The position numbers and the translations under genes were made by a program. This document shows, piece after piece, positions 10,231 to 22,900 of a stretch of DNA of 64,000 nt. The notes below the pieces were generated by a model. It did no database searches. It saw only the letters and a program-made list of their open reading frames with translations, and was not told the DNA's origin. Within the stretch, counting starts at the first letter, position 1, and every line of letters starts with the position of its first letter. Source of the DNA: Gammaproteobacteria bacterium (GTDB lineage Bacteria; Pseudomonadota; Gammaproteobacteria; JBCCGL01); the NCBI GenBank assembly GCA_965277715.1, contig OZ255836.1, positions 288,001-352,000 on the forward strand. The letters are read 5' to 3'.

Positions 10231-11253
10231 CCTAATTACCACTCAAGCTAAGCCTATTTTCAGCATTTTTTCGGTCATAGGTGGTGTTCTTAATCCCACA
10301 TAGAAGAACCGGGGGAGTATATCTTTAAGTGAAAATCGCCGATTAAACCGGTACTGAAAGTCAGCAAGGTAGCGCTGAGCATATTTTGGCTGAATAGCAT
10401 GATAGGTACTGCGTAAGGCAGACTTAAGACTGCCTAATATCGTATTTACCCAGTAAAACTCCGGTTCCTCTACCGAGGCTTTACCACCACCACACACAAT
10501 TTTATCATGCAGACAATCCGCTTTGGTAACGGCATTAAAACAAGCAAGGCCATCCGATATCACTGTTGTACCCGGTTCAATATGCTGCTTCGCCCACGCT
10601 TCAATCGCGTCACTACGAAACCCCTCAACGACATTTAATTTTATGCGTATAGGTTGGCTGTTGGCTGTCGTTTCAACCGCCGCTACAAATGCTGTTTTCC
10701 CTGTTGCACCGCGTCCTCTCTTGCAACCTGAATGCTCACCCCCTAAATAAGCATCATCGAGTTCAACTAATCCTGATAACGGTTTTGATTCATCACGTTC
10801 ATACATCACTTGCATGATCTTGTGCTTCATATGCCAAGCGGCTTTATATGAAATACCTAGATGCCTGTGTAACGCCATTGCAGACAGGCCTTTTTTATCT
10901 TGGGCAATCAAATACAGTGCTTGAAACCAACAGGTTAATGGGCGTTTTGTGGCTTGAAAAATCGTACCGGCTGTAATGGATGTTTGGTGGTGGCAGCGAT
11001 AGCACTGTTGGAGCTTACGTGTGGTTAATTGACACCCTTTATTATGTCCACAATTGGAACAGATAAACCCTTGGGGTCAGCGCCAATTGTAGCGTGCTGT
11101 AAAACACTGTTCCTCTGTGCCATAGGACTCAATGAAACGACTTAAGCTAAGGCCCATTTGAAACTGTACCGTATTGCGAGACATCATAAAAACCAATTAA
11201 TTCAATGGCTTGTATTTTATCATAGAGTAAGCTTAGCTTGGGTGGTAACTAGG
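10231..11253 (-). mobile_element. IS1595-family element (transposase 11187-10243 with nonsense codon)
   Basis: Terminal IRs CCTAATTACCAC / GTGGTAACTAGG; Zn ribbon, VELDDAYLGG, SDG, YLADFQYRFNRR; TGA at the RWP Trp codon, which is TGG in the second copy. Confidence 0.92.
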
Positions 11254-11369
11254 AAAGACTTTAAACCTAGAAAACGCAGTTGAGCTTGAAAAAGCTGTGC
11301 AAGGCATTGGTGTGCATGGGAAAGTTTAAAAATAACCCCTTCTGGATATACACAATTACTTAACCACTA

Positions 11370-11560
11370 CACCGTCCTTAAATCCTCGACGGCCAGCTCG
11401 GAAAATTCTCCCACTGATAGATTGCCGAACCTCTGTCCATCCAAGCCTTGGCCTGTCTTAGGACTTCCATATGCTGCTGGCGTGCAATAAACACATTCTC
11501 GCCGTACGTCGTAGGGTCTAATCCCTCTACTTCAGATGGCCTGCAGTTCGCCCATTCTTT
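11370..11560 (-). pseudogene. Degenerate fragment resembling the MnmE/TrmE C-terminal helical domain
   Basis: GLDPTTYGENVFIARQQHMEVLRQAKAWMDRG, frameshift, ELAVEDLR; compare MnmE consensus FLARRRHLQAL..ELLAEELR. Confidence 0.55.
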
Positions 11561-11781
11561 CGCTAGTTATGGGATCGAATGAACCTAAACCATTTCTGTG
11601 GGTTCCTTATCTCAACAAAGCCAAGTCTCATAATACTGTGTATACGCCAGTCGCCGAACTTAGCGGAGGAAACACAGTAAGATTGGAAACCATCTACCAA
11701 GCGCGCATATTTCTGCAACCCGATGTTGTTCAAAACGCCCCTACCTCTAGCAAGGGTACAATAGTAATCTGAGGCAAATTA

Positions 11782-12108
11782 ATGCAAGAGAATAAAATGG
11801 CAAAATACATTGTGCTATTTGAAGATAACGTGGAGTTCGCTGACCAACGCACAAATTTCATGTCCGAGCATCTAAAATTTCTAGCGCGCAACGCTGATTG
11901 GTTAGAAGCAGAGAGGCCGTTATTTGATTCTTCAGATGGCAATAGCGCCGGGGGGCTTTGGCTGGTTGACGCCGATACGCCCGAAAAGGTCATGTCCCTG
12001 ACGCATGAAGATCCTTTTTGGCCAACTGGCCTTGGCCTGCGCAAAAGTGTTCGGATACTGAATTGGAAGCAAGTATTTAACAAAAGCTCGCGCACAACCC
12101 TACTATGA
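11782..12108 (+). CDS. YciI-family protein
   Basis: HLKFL, GGLWLVDA, EDPFW motifs. Confidence 0.8.
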   Translation: MQENKMAKYIVLFEDNVEFADQRTNFMSEHLKFLARNADWLEAERPLFDSSDGNSAGGLWLVDADTPEKVMSLTHEDPFWPTGLGLRKSVRILNWKQVFNKSSRTTLL

Positions 12109-13061
12109 ATGGCACTATCTTTACGGACTTTACTTTAGCCAGTTTGCCAATCTTGCTACTTATTGCAACTGGCTTCCTTACCCGACGTCTACTGGTACAG
12201 GATAGTGCGGTTTGGACTGCACTTGATCGGATAAATTTCCGCATTCTCATTCCTGCGCTGATTATTAGCACGATAGCACAAACGAATATTCACGCCGTAT
12301 CTGGTCTGCGGCTTGGAGCAGCAATTGTGCTGGTGCTGCTTACTTTGACGCTTATTCTGGTTTTTCTATGCCGTTTACTGGTTCCTGCAGTGGTAGATTA
12401 CCCAGCATATTCAAGCATATTTCAGACATCGACTCGTTGGAATGCGTCAATTGCAATTGTGGTCGCAACCCTCATCTTCGATCCTGTTGCTATCACTGTA
12501 ATCGCTATAATAATGGTTGTGCTTATGCCAATTGTAAACGTGATCAATATATCGATGATGATGCGTTTACCTGGTGCACACGATACATCGGTTGCAGGTA
12601 CCCTAGTGCAGTTTTCGCGAAACCCAATCATACTCGGCTGCCTAATTGGCATCCTGCTTTCTGTAACAAGAGCGCCATTGCCAGAACCGATTATTAACAG
12701 CCTAGATATTCTCGGCATGGCGTCAATCGGAACGATACTACTCAGTCTCGGAGCGGGATTGAACCTTAGCGCCTTCCAAAGAAGGCTGATACCGATTGCA
12801 ATAAGCTCTTTCTTAAAGCTTATCGCCATGCCTAGCTTGGTTCTACTCTTCGGTAGTTTGCTCGATATTGGTGCGGCCTTTCTAATTGTTATAACTGTCG
12901 CAACGGCTATGCCGACAGCGACTAACGGGTATGTAGTTGCTCAGGAGATGGGAGGTGACGCCCCTCTCTATGCATCCATCTGCACAGTTCAGATGCTGCT
13001 ATCATTTGTCACTGTACCACTATGGCTTCTGTTGTGCTTACAGTTGCCCTTGCCTTCCTGA
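12105..13061 (+). CDS. AEC (auxin efflux carrier)-family membrane transporter
   Basis: About 10 TM helices, RNPIILG, AMPTATNGYVVAQEMGGD. Confidence 0.88.
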   Translation: MNGTIFTDFTLASLPILLLIATGFLTRRLLVQDSAVWTALDRINFRILIPALIISTIAQTNIHAVSGLRLGAAIVLVLLTLTLILVFLCRLLVPAVVDYPAYSSIFQTSTRWNASIAIVVATLIFDPVAITVIAIIMVVLMPIVNVINISMMMRLPGAHDTSVAGTLVQFSRNPIILGCLIGILLSVTRAPLPEPIINSLDILGMASIGTILLSLGAGLNLSAFQRRLIPIAISSFLKLIAMPSLVLLFGSLLDIGAAFLIVITVATAMPTATNGYVVAQEMGGDAPLYASICTVQMLLSFVTVPLWLLLCLQLPLPS

Positions 13062-14066
13062 GAATGAATGGCCCTAAGGCCAAGAGGTCGATTCCGGTTG
13101 AGAAAAAGCAGCGAAGCGCGTCAAGTGGAGATCCAACAATTGGCTCACCCATTATATTAAAGCTGGTGTTGAGTATTACTGGGTGTCCCGATAGCCGACC
13201 GAATTCAGTGATCAGTGCGTGGTACTCGGGCGCAACACGTGAATCCACCGTTTGTACACGCGCAGTGCCATCAACGTGTACCAATCGCCGGGATTTTTTC
13301 GCGCATCTCATGCCGTACGGCAGCTACTTTCAACATGTATGGGACGTCTACGGAAATATCAAAGTAATCTTGCGCATGCTCGCGAACCACCGATGGTGCA
13401 AATGGACGAAATGCCTCGCGGTGCTTGACTTCCGCATTGATCTTGCGTTTCATGTCGGGGTTTGTTGGATCTGCTAGTATACTACGTGCTCCAAGCGCCC
13501 TAGGGCCGAATTCCATGCGGCCCTGAAACCAACCGACGATGGCTCCTTGATGCAGTGCCTGCGCGACCACCAATGGGATGTCATTCACTTTCTCAAAGTG
13601 CACTTTTGCCTCCTCAAGCACTCTTAGAATCTCATCGTCAGAGTAATTTCGCCCTAAAAAGGGGGTAAAATGACGAATAGGTGGTTTCTGGCCGAGGCGT
13701 ACCGAATGAACATATGCCGCCGCCCCAATTGCAGTGCCATTGTCACCAGCCCCCGGTATTAGGAATACGTCGTCGAAGATACCTTCCTTAAGTATTCGTC
13801 CATTCGCCACACTGTTCAGAGCCACTCCACCTGAATAGATGAGGTGCCGCTCACCAGTCTGCTCCCGCAGATATCTCGCGATCTTTAGCACGCTCTTCTC
13901 AAGTACACATTGAAAGGCCGCCGCAATATCGCAATGGTAGTCACGAAACTCCCCACTGGGTTGGCGTGGTGAACCAAACATTCTGATGAATTTGTCGCCA
14001 CAGAGACGTCCACCCAGTGAAGGATAATCGAACCAATCTAGATCGATTGAAACTCGGGCATCCTCC
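13009..14066 (-). pseudogene. NodU/CmcH-family carbamoyltransferase, N-truncated and frameshifted
   Basis: SGGVALNSVANG, GRMEFGPRALGARSIL, FRPFAP; frameshift near 13280, then HVDGTARVQTV and LNTSFN. Confidence 0.88.
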
Positions 14067-14270
14067 TAAAGCGTTGTCTGGTGGTTACATTGGACGCTGT
14101 AACAGCAGCAATGAAAGCTATCCTAAAAGATGTCCAATTCGGAAACGGCAACACAAGTATCGAAAGCGCGTATACTATTATTAGCGTCAGAATTAACATC
14201 TAAAATCTCCTCTATCAAAATCGCTGAATCTAGACTACGACCAGAACAGAGAGGTATGGAATAGCAAATC

Positions 14271-15173
14271 ATGCAAGCCGTTATTGCAAGAAACTGGAAG
14301 AGCGTCAAATGGAGCAACTTGCATTGCGTACTCATTGTAGCTAATGCTAAATCGATCAAAAAAGCCGCCGTGCAGCTAAAAACGACGGAAAGTACAGTCT
14401 CTCGCCGTGTAAGTAATATTGAAAGCGCTCTCGGTTTTTCTATTTTTGAGAGAACACCAATGGGAGTCGTGCTAACAAAGGCTGGTGAAAAACTTGTTCA
14501 GCACCTTACTCGCGCAGAAGCTGAAGTGGAAGCGGGTCTAGAGGAGGCCATCAACCAGCAAAACGCACCGAAAGGAAGGATACGCCTCACAACCGTCCCT
14601 ACCCTTATGAACTACCTATTGATACCTGCAACCAAGCGCTTTTTTACCCGTTACCCTGAGATCGAGTTAGAGCTCGTTGGGTTGGCTGCGGATTTGAGCA
14701 TGATGAGGCGCGAAGCCGATATTGCTATTCGGTTGGCCCGTCCCTCATCCGATCTAAATGCTGTAACACGTCGCCTCGGAGCTATCGAATACGGTGTGTT
14801 TACTTCCACAACCGCTATTTCCAATACTGATAAGAGCGTGCTACAACCTTGGGTGACTTATGAAAAAGATATGTCCCAACTACCGCAGGCTAAGTGGATC
14901 GAGAAACGAACACAGGAGAGTAATGAGTCGATCAGTATGCTTAGATGCAACGATGCCGATGGCCTAATTCAGGCTTTGCGCAACGATTTAGGCAGAAGTT
15001 TGCTGCCGAAGCTTGTCGCTTCAAATATCCCCGACCTCGAAGAGTTGCCTGGATACGATAACCTTCCCTCGCGTGAAATTTGGTTATTAGTCCATCCTAA
15101 TGTAATAATGACAAAGAGAATCAGAGTCGTAATTGATTGGCTGCAAGAGATATTTCGCTCGTCCAAAATCTGA
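14271..15173 (+). CDS. LysR-family transcriptional regulator
   Basis: N-terminal HTH (AAVQL..STVSRRV..LG..IFERT), READIAIR. Confidence 0.92.
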   Translation: MQAVIARNWKSVKWSNLHCVLIVANAKSIKKAAVQLKTTESTVSRRVSNIESALGFSIFERTPMGVVLTKAGEKLVQHLTRAEAEVEAGLEEAINQQNAPKGRIRLTTVPTLMNYLLIPATKRFFTRYPEIELELVGLAADLSMMRREADIAIRLARPSSDLNAVTRRLGAIEYGVFTSTTAISNTDKSVLQPWVTYEKDMSQLPQAKWIEKRTQESNESISMLRCNDADGLIQALRNDLGRSLLPKLVASNIPDLEELPGYDNLPSREIWLLVHPNVIMTKRIRVVIDWLQEIFRSSKI

Positions 15174-15408
15174 ATTCCTGCAAAACGCTTAAGTGTAGTA
15201 GTCAAGCATCCTCGTACTATTGGATAGGTTTTTTAAGCCACGTAAGCCATAGTGTCCGGTTGTGCTTGTTTGTAAGTATTATAACTATATTTAGTCATCC
15301 ACTCGTTTTTGAAACTACGGAATGTACGTTCCATGGGGATGTTGATATATAAGATATAAGGAGTAAGTATCATTTTGAATTTTAAATTATTTTTTTAAAA
15401 TCTTCTAG

Positions 15409-16057
15409 GGCTTGTTGACGTTTCACATGGGCAACCAAAGAAAGGAGCATGCCAAGGCAAGCATGCTCCGATAGTTCCGCTTCAACTTATCATATCGAGT
15501 GGCAATCGCTCGAAAATGCTTCAATCGAGCAAACACATTTTCAACCAGGTGTCGGTATTTGTATAAACACCAGTCGATATCCTCATTGCCTATTTTTGAG
15601 TTGCTTCGCCGTGGAATAACCGGAATTGACTTTTTCTGTCTAATCTGATGGCGTAACGCTTCGCTGTCACACCTTATAGCCCCTGCGCTATGTTGGTGTG
15701 CCTTCACAATACTCCTATCGATAAAGGCCCATTCTTGATCGGGTTCTTCGACAAGCGCATGGAAAATGTTCATTAGCTTGCCTTTCGATGACCATTCATT
15801 GAAGCGTTTATAAACGCTATTCCAGTCACCAAATGACGCCGGTAAATCTCGCCATGGACACCCCACACGCAATCGATAAAGAATTCCTTCAACGACTAAC
15901 CTTCACTTCGGCTTGTCATAAATGCCTTCTTTAAACATGATATTCCGTAGCTTCGACCAATACTCATCGTTGAGCAATAATCGGGGCATGGCAAACTCGT
16001 ATTTGTTGTTTTTCGCACATCCAATGATACGGGTTTGCCTTTTGTTTCAAAAGCTTA
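15409..16057 (-). mobile_element. IS5-family element, degenerate copy (internal deletion, stop codon, left end replaced by IS1595)
   Basis: Near-identical to 52600-53451; CTAG flank and GGCTTGTTGACGTTT end at 15405-15423. Confidence 0.88.
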
Positions 16058-16584
16058 CCTAATTACCACCCAAGCTAAGCTTACTCTATGATAAAATACA
16101 AGCCATTGAATTAATTGATTTTTATGATGTCTCGCAATACGGTACAGTTTCAAATGGGCCTTAGCTTAAGTCGTTTCATTGAGTCTTATGGCACAGAGGA
16201 ACAGTGTTTTACAGCACTCTACAATTGGCGCTGGCCCCAAGGGTTTATCTGTTCCAATTGTGGGCATAATAAAGGGTGTCAATTAACCACACGTAAGCTC
16301 CAACAGTGCTATCGCTGCCACCACCAAACATCCATTACAGCCGGTACGATTTTTCAAGCCACAAAACGCCCGTTAACCTGTTGGTTTCAAGCACTGTATT
16401 TGATTGCCCAAGATAAAAAAGGCCTGTCTGCAATGGCGTTACACAGGCATCTAGGTATTTCATATAAAGCCGCTTGGCATATGAAGCACAAGATCATGCA
16501 AGTGATGTATGAACGTGATGAATCAAAACCGTTATCAGGATTTGTTGAACTCGATGATGCTTATTTAGGGGGTGAGCATTCAGG
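16058..16584 (+). mobile_element. IS1595-family element, 5' half only
   Basis: Inverted near-identical copy of 10727-11253; truncated after GGEHSG. Confidence 0.9.
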
Positions 16585-16699
16585 ACTTATGTGTTTAGGT
16601 ACTAGGTGCACCAGAAAATACTCCACTGCTGAATGGATTATGAGTGAAAACCTGTTCAAGGGCAGTGTCTGCTATTGTTACTGCTTTCAAATGGCAGAC

Positions 16700-17015
16700 C
16701 TTGAACAGCAGATCAATGGATGTGTTTTTTTAAAGATGCAGATTAAGTGGGAAATACTTCCCACCGAACTTGATACCGACGAAATGAGGCAGGCAATGGC
16801 CATATTGAAACGCTTTTCAGAGTAAAGAACAAGACTATCACCTTTACCAAGCCAGACAGAATGTCTAGCGAGAAGAAAAGACCTAGTACAATCTATTAAC
16901 CGAGGCGATCCAGGCGAGCAATTATGAGTGCAGGCAAAAAGAAGCCATATTTCAGGAAAAAGACCGCTTACGTACCCTTTTACAGCAAGCGAGTATTGAC
17001 CCAGATAGCGAATAG
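16700..17015 (+). pseudogene. C-terminal remnant of an Rpn/PD-(D/E)XK nuclease-family protein
   Basis: LPTELDTDEMRQAMAILKRFSE, frameshift, KEQDYHLYQARQN..EKDRLRTLLQQASIDPD with internal stops. Confidence 0.55.
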
Positions 17016-17165
17016 TCGGTTTTTTATATTTATACTCATGCGTCTTCCGCGTCGTTGTTGCAGCCACAAGTGTGGAAATAAAAAATTAACAAAATCAATA
17101 GCTTGTAATACTCTATTTAAGAAGAGGTTCTTGCGTTCACGTAAAGATAACTACTTTTCAGCGGT

Positions 17166-19943
17166 GTGCATAATTTGATTATCTCTTCATATCTCACCGC
17201 AATGGCGAACGGTGCGGTTGCTGTGACTGTTAACCGGCGGCTATCGCGCACACTGCGTAAGCAATATGACCAGGCGCAGGTTGATGCTGGCAGGTTGGCC
17301 TGGCCAGCACCGCATATGCTTCCCTGGGATGCTTGGTTAAATCAGCTTTTTCAACAGTTACGCTGTATTGATAATGAACCGTGGCAATTGCTTAACAGTG
17401 CGCAATCGCTCTGCCTATGGGAACAGGTGCTGGCTGAGTCAGACATTGCCGAATCTCTACTAAATGTAACGGCAGCGGCATCGCTGGCCCAATCCGCCTG
17501 GGCTATCCAACACAATTGGGGGGTAAACCCGGCTAATGCGCACTTGTCTGGTGACCAACTCGCTTATACACAGTGGGCGCGTAGTTACCAACGCCGTTGT
17601 GAACGCAGTCACTGGCTGGATTCTGCCAGCCTGATAAATTGGCTGGCTGCGCGGATCACTGATATCAAGCCATTGCCGTCGCAGTTACTTCCCACGCAAC
17701 TATTAGTACTCGGCTTCGATACTTTATCGCCTGCCCACACGGCGTTATTGGAGGTGCTGCGGTGCAGTGGTGTGCAGGTAGCGATTGATGATCTACCGGG
17801 TGTCGATAGGCATAACGCGGTGTTACTGGCGTGTGAGGATGAATACCAGGAAGGTCTAGCGGCGGTCAATTGGGCGTGTAGTCAACTGCGGCAAAATGCC
17901 GATTGCACAATAGGCATTGTGGTACCGGATTTGGCGGTACGGCGTACGGCGCTATTGCAGGCATTAGACCAAACCCTCGAACCGGATAGCGCATTGATTC
18001 CGATGCCGCCGGTTTCGCCACACTACAATATTTCGTTGGGTAAGCCACTGGGTGAGTACCCGATGGTCGGCGATGCTCTGCGTTGGCTGGGCCTGATGTG
18101 TCGGCCACAACCGCTCGAACAGTGTACACAACTGATACTGTCGGCGTACCTCGGTCTGAGTGACGCTGAGCGATTGCACTGCGCCCAGGCCGATGTGCAA
18201 CTGCGCCGGATGGGGGGGAGCCGCTTTTCTCTGCACGCGCTGGCACGGGCATTACGGCAGTATGCTCCAGGTGGTTTTTGTGCGCGTCTGGATAAGCTGA
18301 TTGCACTGTGTGACACCTTGCCACCCCGGCAGTGTTGTTCGGCCTGGTCTCAGTGTATCGAGGCGTTATTGGCGTGTATTGGCTGGCCGGGTGAGGTGGG
18401 TTTATCCAGTGAGGAGTTCCAGTTACACGGCGCCTGGCGGCAAATACTGCAAGCGCTAGCGGGCTTTGATACCGTAAGCCCATTGTGCAGTTTTTCAGTG
18501 GCGCTTGAGTACCTCGGTGCGCTGGCGCGCAATAATGTGTTTCAGGTCGAATCGCAGAGCGATGCGCGCCTGCAAATCGTCGGCCTGCTCGAAGTGGCGG
18601 GCATGCAATTTGATGCCCTATGGGTGATGGGCATGGACGAACAGCGCTGGCCGCCACGGCCTCAGCTCAACCCGTTTCTACCACTGGCTATGCAGCGCAG
18701 TGCGCATATACCCCACAGTACTGCCGCCTGGGAGGTCGACTTCGCCCGGCGCTCGATGTTGCGCCTGTCAAGCAGTGCCGGGCGGGTGATCTTTAGTTAT
18801 GCAGGCAATGAGGGCGATACACCAATAGCGCCCAGCCCGTTGGTTGCGGATAGGCCGCTTTGCCGTGTTACCGCCGAGGTAGCGGGCTGTTATGGGCCTG
18901 CCGATCTCCAACCTGTCGACCTCGAACCCCTATTGCCTGAACCTGTTTATCATGGCCCAGCCTATGAGTTACAGGCACAGGCGGGCCATTTAAATCGGCT
19001 GGATGACAGCGTAGCCCCCGCCCGCCAACCCGGTTTGCCCGTGCGGGGTGGGGTGACGGTGTTATCCGATCAGGCCGAGTGCCCGTTCCGTGCCTTTGCC
19101 CGCCACCGCTTGCGTGCAGAACCGCTCGATGAACCCCATACTGGGGTGAGTGCCAGTGAACGCGGCTCGATTTTGCATACGGCGATGGAGTTTCTCTGGC
19201 GGGCGCTGCAATCGCAATCCAAATTATTATCACTAGGCGGTGACGCGCTGAAAACCCTGATTGATGAGGCGATTAACCACGCCATCCAAAAAGTGTATGG
19301 CGCTGTCAGCAACGCTTTTATCACATTGGAACGTGGCCACCTGGCCGGGCTGATCGATAGCTGGTTAAAGCTTGAGAAAAACCGCCCGGCGTTTCAGATT
19401 GAGTCACTGGAACAGGCGCATGTGCTGGCCATCGGTGGCCTGTCACTTGAATTGCGCATAGACCGGGTGGATAAGCTGGAAACCGACGCGTACCTACTGA
19501 TCGATTACAAAACCGGAAAGCCCCAGGCACAGGACTGGATGAAAGCGCGCCCTGGCGATGTGCAGCTACCGTTGTACACACTCGCGTATGCACAGCCGGT
19601 GAGCGCGCTTGCGCTGGCCTATGTACGGCCTCAACAATCGACCTTTGCGGGGGTCTCCGCTGATGAGACCGGGTTGTCAGGTATCAAACTGTGCAGTGAA
19701 AAATTCAGGCGGCAGGACGCCTTGCAGTTTCAGGACTGGACGGCGCTACAGCAACACTGGCGCACTGAAATCACCACGCTGGCGGAGGAGTTTGTCGGTG
19801 GTACGGCATCCGTGACCCCGCGTGCCCTGCCACAAACCTGTGCGTATTGTGCGCTTGACCCACTGTGCCGGGTGGGTAGCCAAGCTGTCGTTAACCAGGC
19901 CGTTGCTAACCAGGCCGACACTGACCAGGGTAACGATGAGTAA
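17166..19943 (+). CDS. addB: AddB-like inactive-helicase/PD-(D/E)XK nuclease subunit
   Basis: RIDRVD..IDYKTG, QLPLY, Fe-S staple cysteines (CPFR..CAYCALDPLC); overlaps addA start. Confidence 0.8.
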   Translation: MHNLIISSYLTAMANGAVAVTVNRRLSRTLRKQYDQAQVDAGRLAWPAPHMLPWDAWLNQLFQQLRCIDNEPWQLLNSAQSLCLWEQVLAESDIAESLLNVTAAASLAQSAWAIQHNWGVNPANAHLSGDQLAYTQWARSYQRRCERSHWLDSASLINWLAARITDIKPLPSQLLPTQLLVLGFDTLSPAHTALLEVLRCSGVQVAIDDLPGVDRHNAVLLACEDEYQEGLAAVNWACSQLRQNADCTIGIVVPDLAVRRTALLQALDQTLEPDSALIPMPPVSPHYNISLGKPLGEYPMVGDALRWLGLMCRPQPLEQCTQLILSAYLGLSDAERLHCAQADVQLRRMGGSRFSLHALARALRQYAPGGFCARLDKLIALCDTLPPRQCCSAWSQCIEALLACIGWPGEVGLSSEEFQLHGAWRQILQALAGFDTVSPLCSFSVALEYLGALARNNVFQVESQSDARLQIVGLLEVAGMQFDALWVMGMDEQRWPPRPQLNPFLPLAMQRSAHIPHSTAAWEVDFARRSMLRLSSSAGRVIFSYAGNEGDTPIAPSPLVADRPLCRVTAEVAGCYGPADLQPVDLEPLLPEPVYHGPAYELQAQAGHLNRLDDSVAPARQPGLPVRGGVTVLSDQAECPFRAFARHRLRAEPLDEPHTGVSASERGSILHTAMEFLWRALQSQSKLLSLGGDALKTLIDEAINHAIQKVYGAVSNAFITLERGHLAGLIDSWLKLEKNRPAFQIESLEQAHVLAIGGLSLELRIDRVDKLETDAYLLIDYKTGKPQAQDWMKARPGDVQLPLYTLAYAQPVSALALAYVRPQQSTFAGVSADETGLSGIKLCSEKFRRQDALQFQDWTALQQHWRTEITTLAEEFVGGTASVTPRALPQTCAYCALDPLCRVGSQAVVNQAVANQADTDQGNDE

Positions 19944-22900
19944 CACAGTCGCCGATGCGGTCGCACGCCACCGGGCGCTTGATCCCGCGCAATCGTTTAT
20001 TGTGCAGGCGCCCGCAGGCTCCGGTAAAACCGAGTTACTGACACAACGTTTTTTGCGCCTGTTGGCGTGTGTCAGGCACCCGGAAGAAATCATTGCACTG
20101 ACATTTACCCGCAAGGCGGCTGCTGAAATGCGGGCGCGTATCAGCACCGCCCTGCACGATGTGGCGGCGGGCAAAACCCCTGAATCAGATAACGACAAAA
20201 CCCGCTTTTCACTGGCGGCGAAAGCGCTGCAACGCGATGCCGAGTGCCACTGGCAATTACAGGAGAACCCCCAGCGCCTGCGCGTGATGACTATCGATGC
20301 CTTCAATGGCGCCCTGGTGCGGCAGATGCCTTTGATGTCACGTATGGGCGGGCCGCTGACGACCACCGACAGGGCCGGTGCACATTACCGCGAGGCGGTG
20401 CGTCGCAGTATCCTGCACCTGGAGCAGGAGGGTGAATATCAGAGTGCGCTGGCGACGCTGCTGGGCTATTTTGACAACCGTGTCGAGCGCGTCGAACAGC
20501 AGTTGGTGACCATGCTGGCGAAGCGCGAGCAGTGGCTGTCGCTGGTCGGCTCAACGCTGGCGCTCGATGAAGCCGAATTAAAGCGGCAACTCGAAGCAGT
20601 GCTCGCTGAGCACGTTGAAACACGCATACGGGCGTTGTGTGAAGCCGTTCCCGAGGGTTTGCCCGCCCGCCTGTTACCACTGGCGCGCTTTGCCGCTGAA
20701 CAATTGCGGGTGAGTGGGCGGCAATCCCCTATTCTGTCGTTGCTGGACATCACTGAAATGCCGGGCAGCGACTGGCCTGCGCTTGACCAGTGGAAGGCGA
20801 TAGCGGCCTTATTGCTGATCAGCGACAAGGCGACTCCACGAAAGAAGGTGAATGTTGGGCAGGGGTTTCCCGCAGGGGCCAATTTTGCCGACAACAAACA
20901 GGCGATGCAGGCTGTACTCGGTGCGCTTGTGGATGCCCCGGCGTTTCTTCATTGCCTGGATAGTGTGCGCAATCTGCCTGAACGCGGCTACTCGGATCTG
21001 CGCTGGCGCGTATTGCGCGCCTTATGCAAGGTGCTGTTATTGACCGTGGCAGCGTTGCGTGTGGAATTTGCCGCGCACGGCCAGGTGGATCACAGTGAGA
21101 ACACCCTGCGTGCGCTACAAGCGCTGGGTGACGAAGATCAACCGAGCGACCTCGCCCTGTCGTTGGATTACCGCATTCACCATTTGTTGGTCGACGAATT
21201 TCAGGATACCTCGGTAGCGCAATTTGATCTGCTGGCGCGTTTGCTGCGCGGTTGGCAGCCAGGCGACGGGCGCAGCCTGTTTCTGGTCGGTGACCCGATG
21301 CAGTCGATCTATCGGTTTCGGCAGGCCGAGGTGAGTTTATTCCTCGGTGCACGCGAATACGGTGTGGGCGATGTTGCCCTGACGCCCTTGTACTTAACGC
21401 AGAACTTTCGCGCCAGTGCTGCGCTAGTCGGTTGGGTGAACCGCACCTTTGCCCAGGTATTTCCCGCAGTGGAAAATCTGGCTGAGGGAACGGTTGCGTT
21501 TGCCGCCTCGACTACAACGGTCGATGCACCCTCTGATGATGCCTCCTCTCACGATACCCCCCCGGACGATACCCAGGTACATATCTACCCCGCACCTGAC
21601 TGGCGGCAGGAGGCACAACAAATCGTCGATATTATTCAACACTCCCAGCAGGCGCACCCGGAGCGCACTATTGCTGTACTGGTGCGCAGCCGTACGCACT
21701 TGCTTCCGCTGTATCCATTGTTGCAGGCGCACGCTATCGACTACCAGGCTGTCGGTATCGAGAAATTGTCCGAGCGCGAGGTGGTGCGCGACCTACTCTC
21801 ACTTACCCGGGCGCTGTTACACCCTGCCGATGCGATTGCCTGGCTGGCGATCTTGCGCGCGCCCTGGTGTGGGTTGACACTGGCCGATCTGCTCGTGTTA
21901 AGCGATGTGGCAAGTGCCTCGGCTGCGGTGCTGGATGCGGCACTGGTCGAGCGGCTAAGCGATGACGGCGCGCAACGCCTGCAGCGTTTTCAGTCGGCGT
22001 TACGCCCCGCTTTGCAGTGTGCGGGCCGTGTGCCCTGGGCCGGGCTGGTGAGGAGTACCTGGCTGGCACTGGGTGGCCCGGCCTGTGTCGCCAATACAGC
22101 GGCGATCAACGATGCAAAGTGTTTTTTTGAGCAACTCACTGCCGCGCAGAATGCTTCACCAACGCTGTCAGTGAGCGATTTGCAGCAGCGCCTGGCGGAG
22201 CAGGTGGCACCGGTGGAAACCCCCGGCGATACCCGCCTGCAACTGATGACTATCCACAAATCCAAAGGGTTGGAGTTCGATACGGTGATCGTGCCTGGCC
22301 TGGGGCGGTTTGGTCGCGGCGATGAGGCGCTGCCCATCAAATGGTTGCAAACCCACGATGGCCGACTATTGCTCGCCCCGGCAAAACAACCGGACGAGCC
22401 TGAAGCCGACGCCATCTACCAATTGATTGGCGCCGTCGAAAAAGAAAAGGCCGACAATGAATTGAAACGCCTGCTCTATGTGGCGGTGACCCGCGCTCGC
22501 TCCAGCATTCACCTGCTGGGCCACGCTACCATAAGAAACAATGGTGTGAGTTGCGATAAGCGATCACTGTTGCAGGTTATCTGGCCACAGGTTGAGGCAG
22601 CGTTTGCCGACTTGTGTGCAGCGTGTGATGACGATGAAGTGATCCAGGACTTACCGGCTTCTCCGCCATTGTTGCACCGCCTGCCAGGTGATTGGCGTAT
22701 GCCGCCCTTGCAGCCTGCTCTGGGTTGTGATGATGGGGTGCTGAATACGCAATCACCTTCGCAGCCGGATCAACAGGCTATCGAATTCGACTGGGCCAGC
22801 CTGGTTGCACGCCACATCGGCACGGTAGTGCACCAATACCTTCAGCGCATTGCCGATGAAGGCGTCGCCCACTGGTCGTTGCCACGCATTAGTGCACAGC

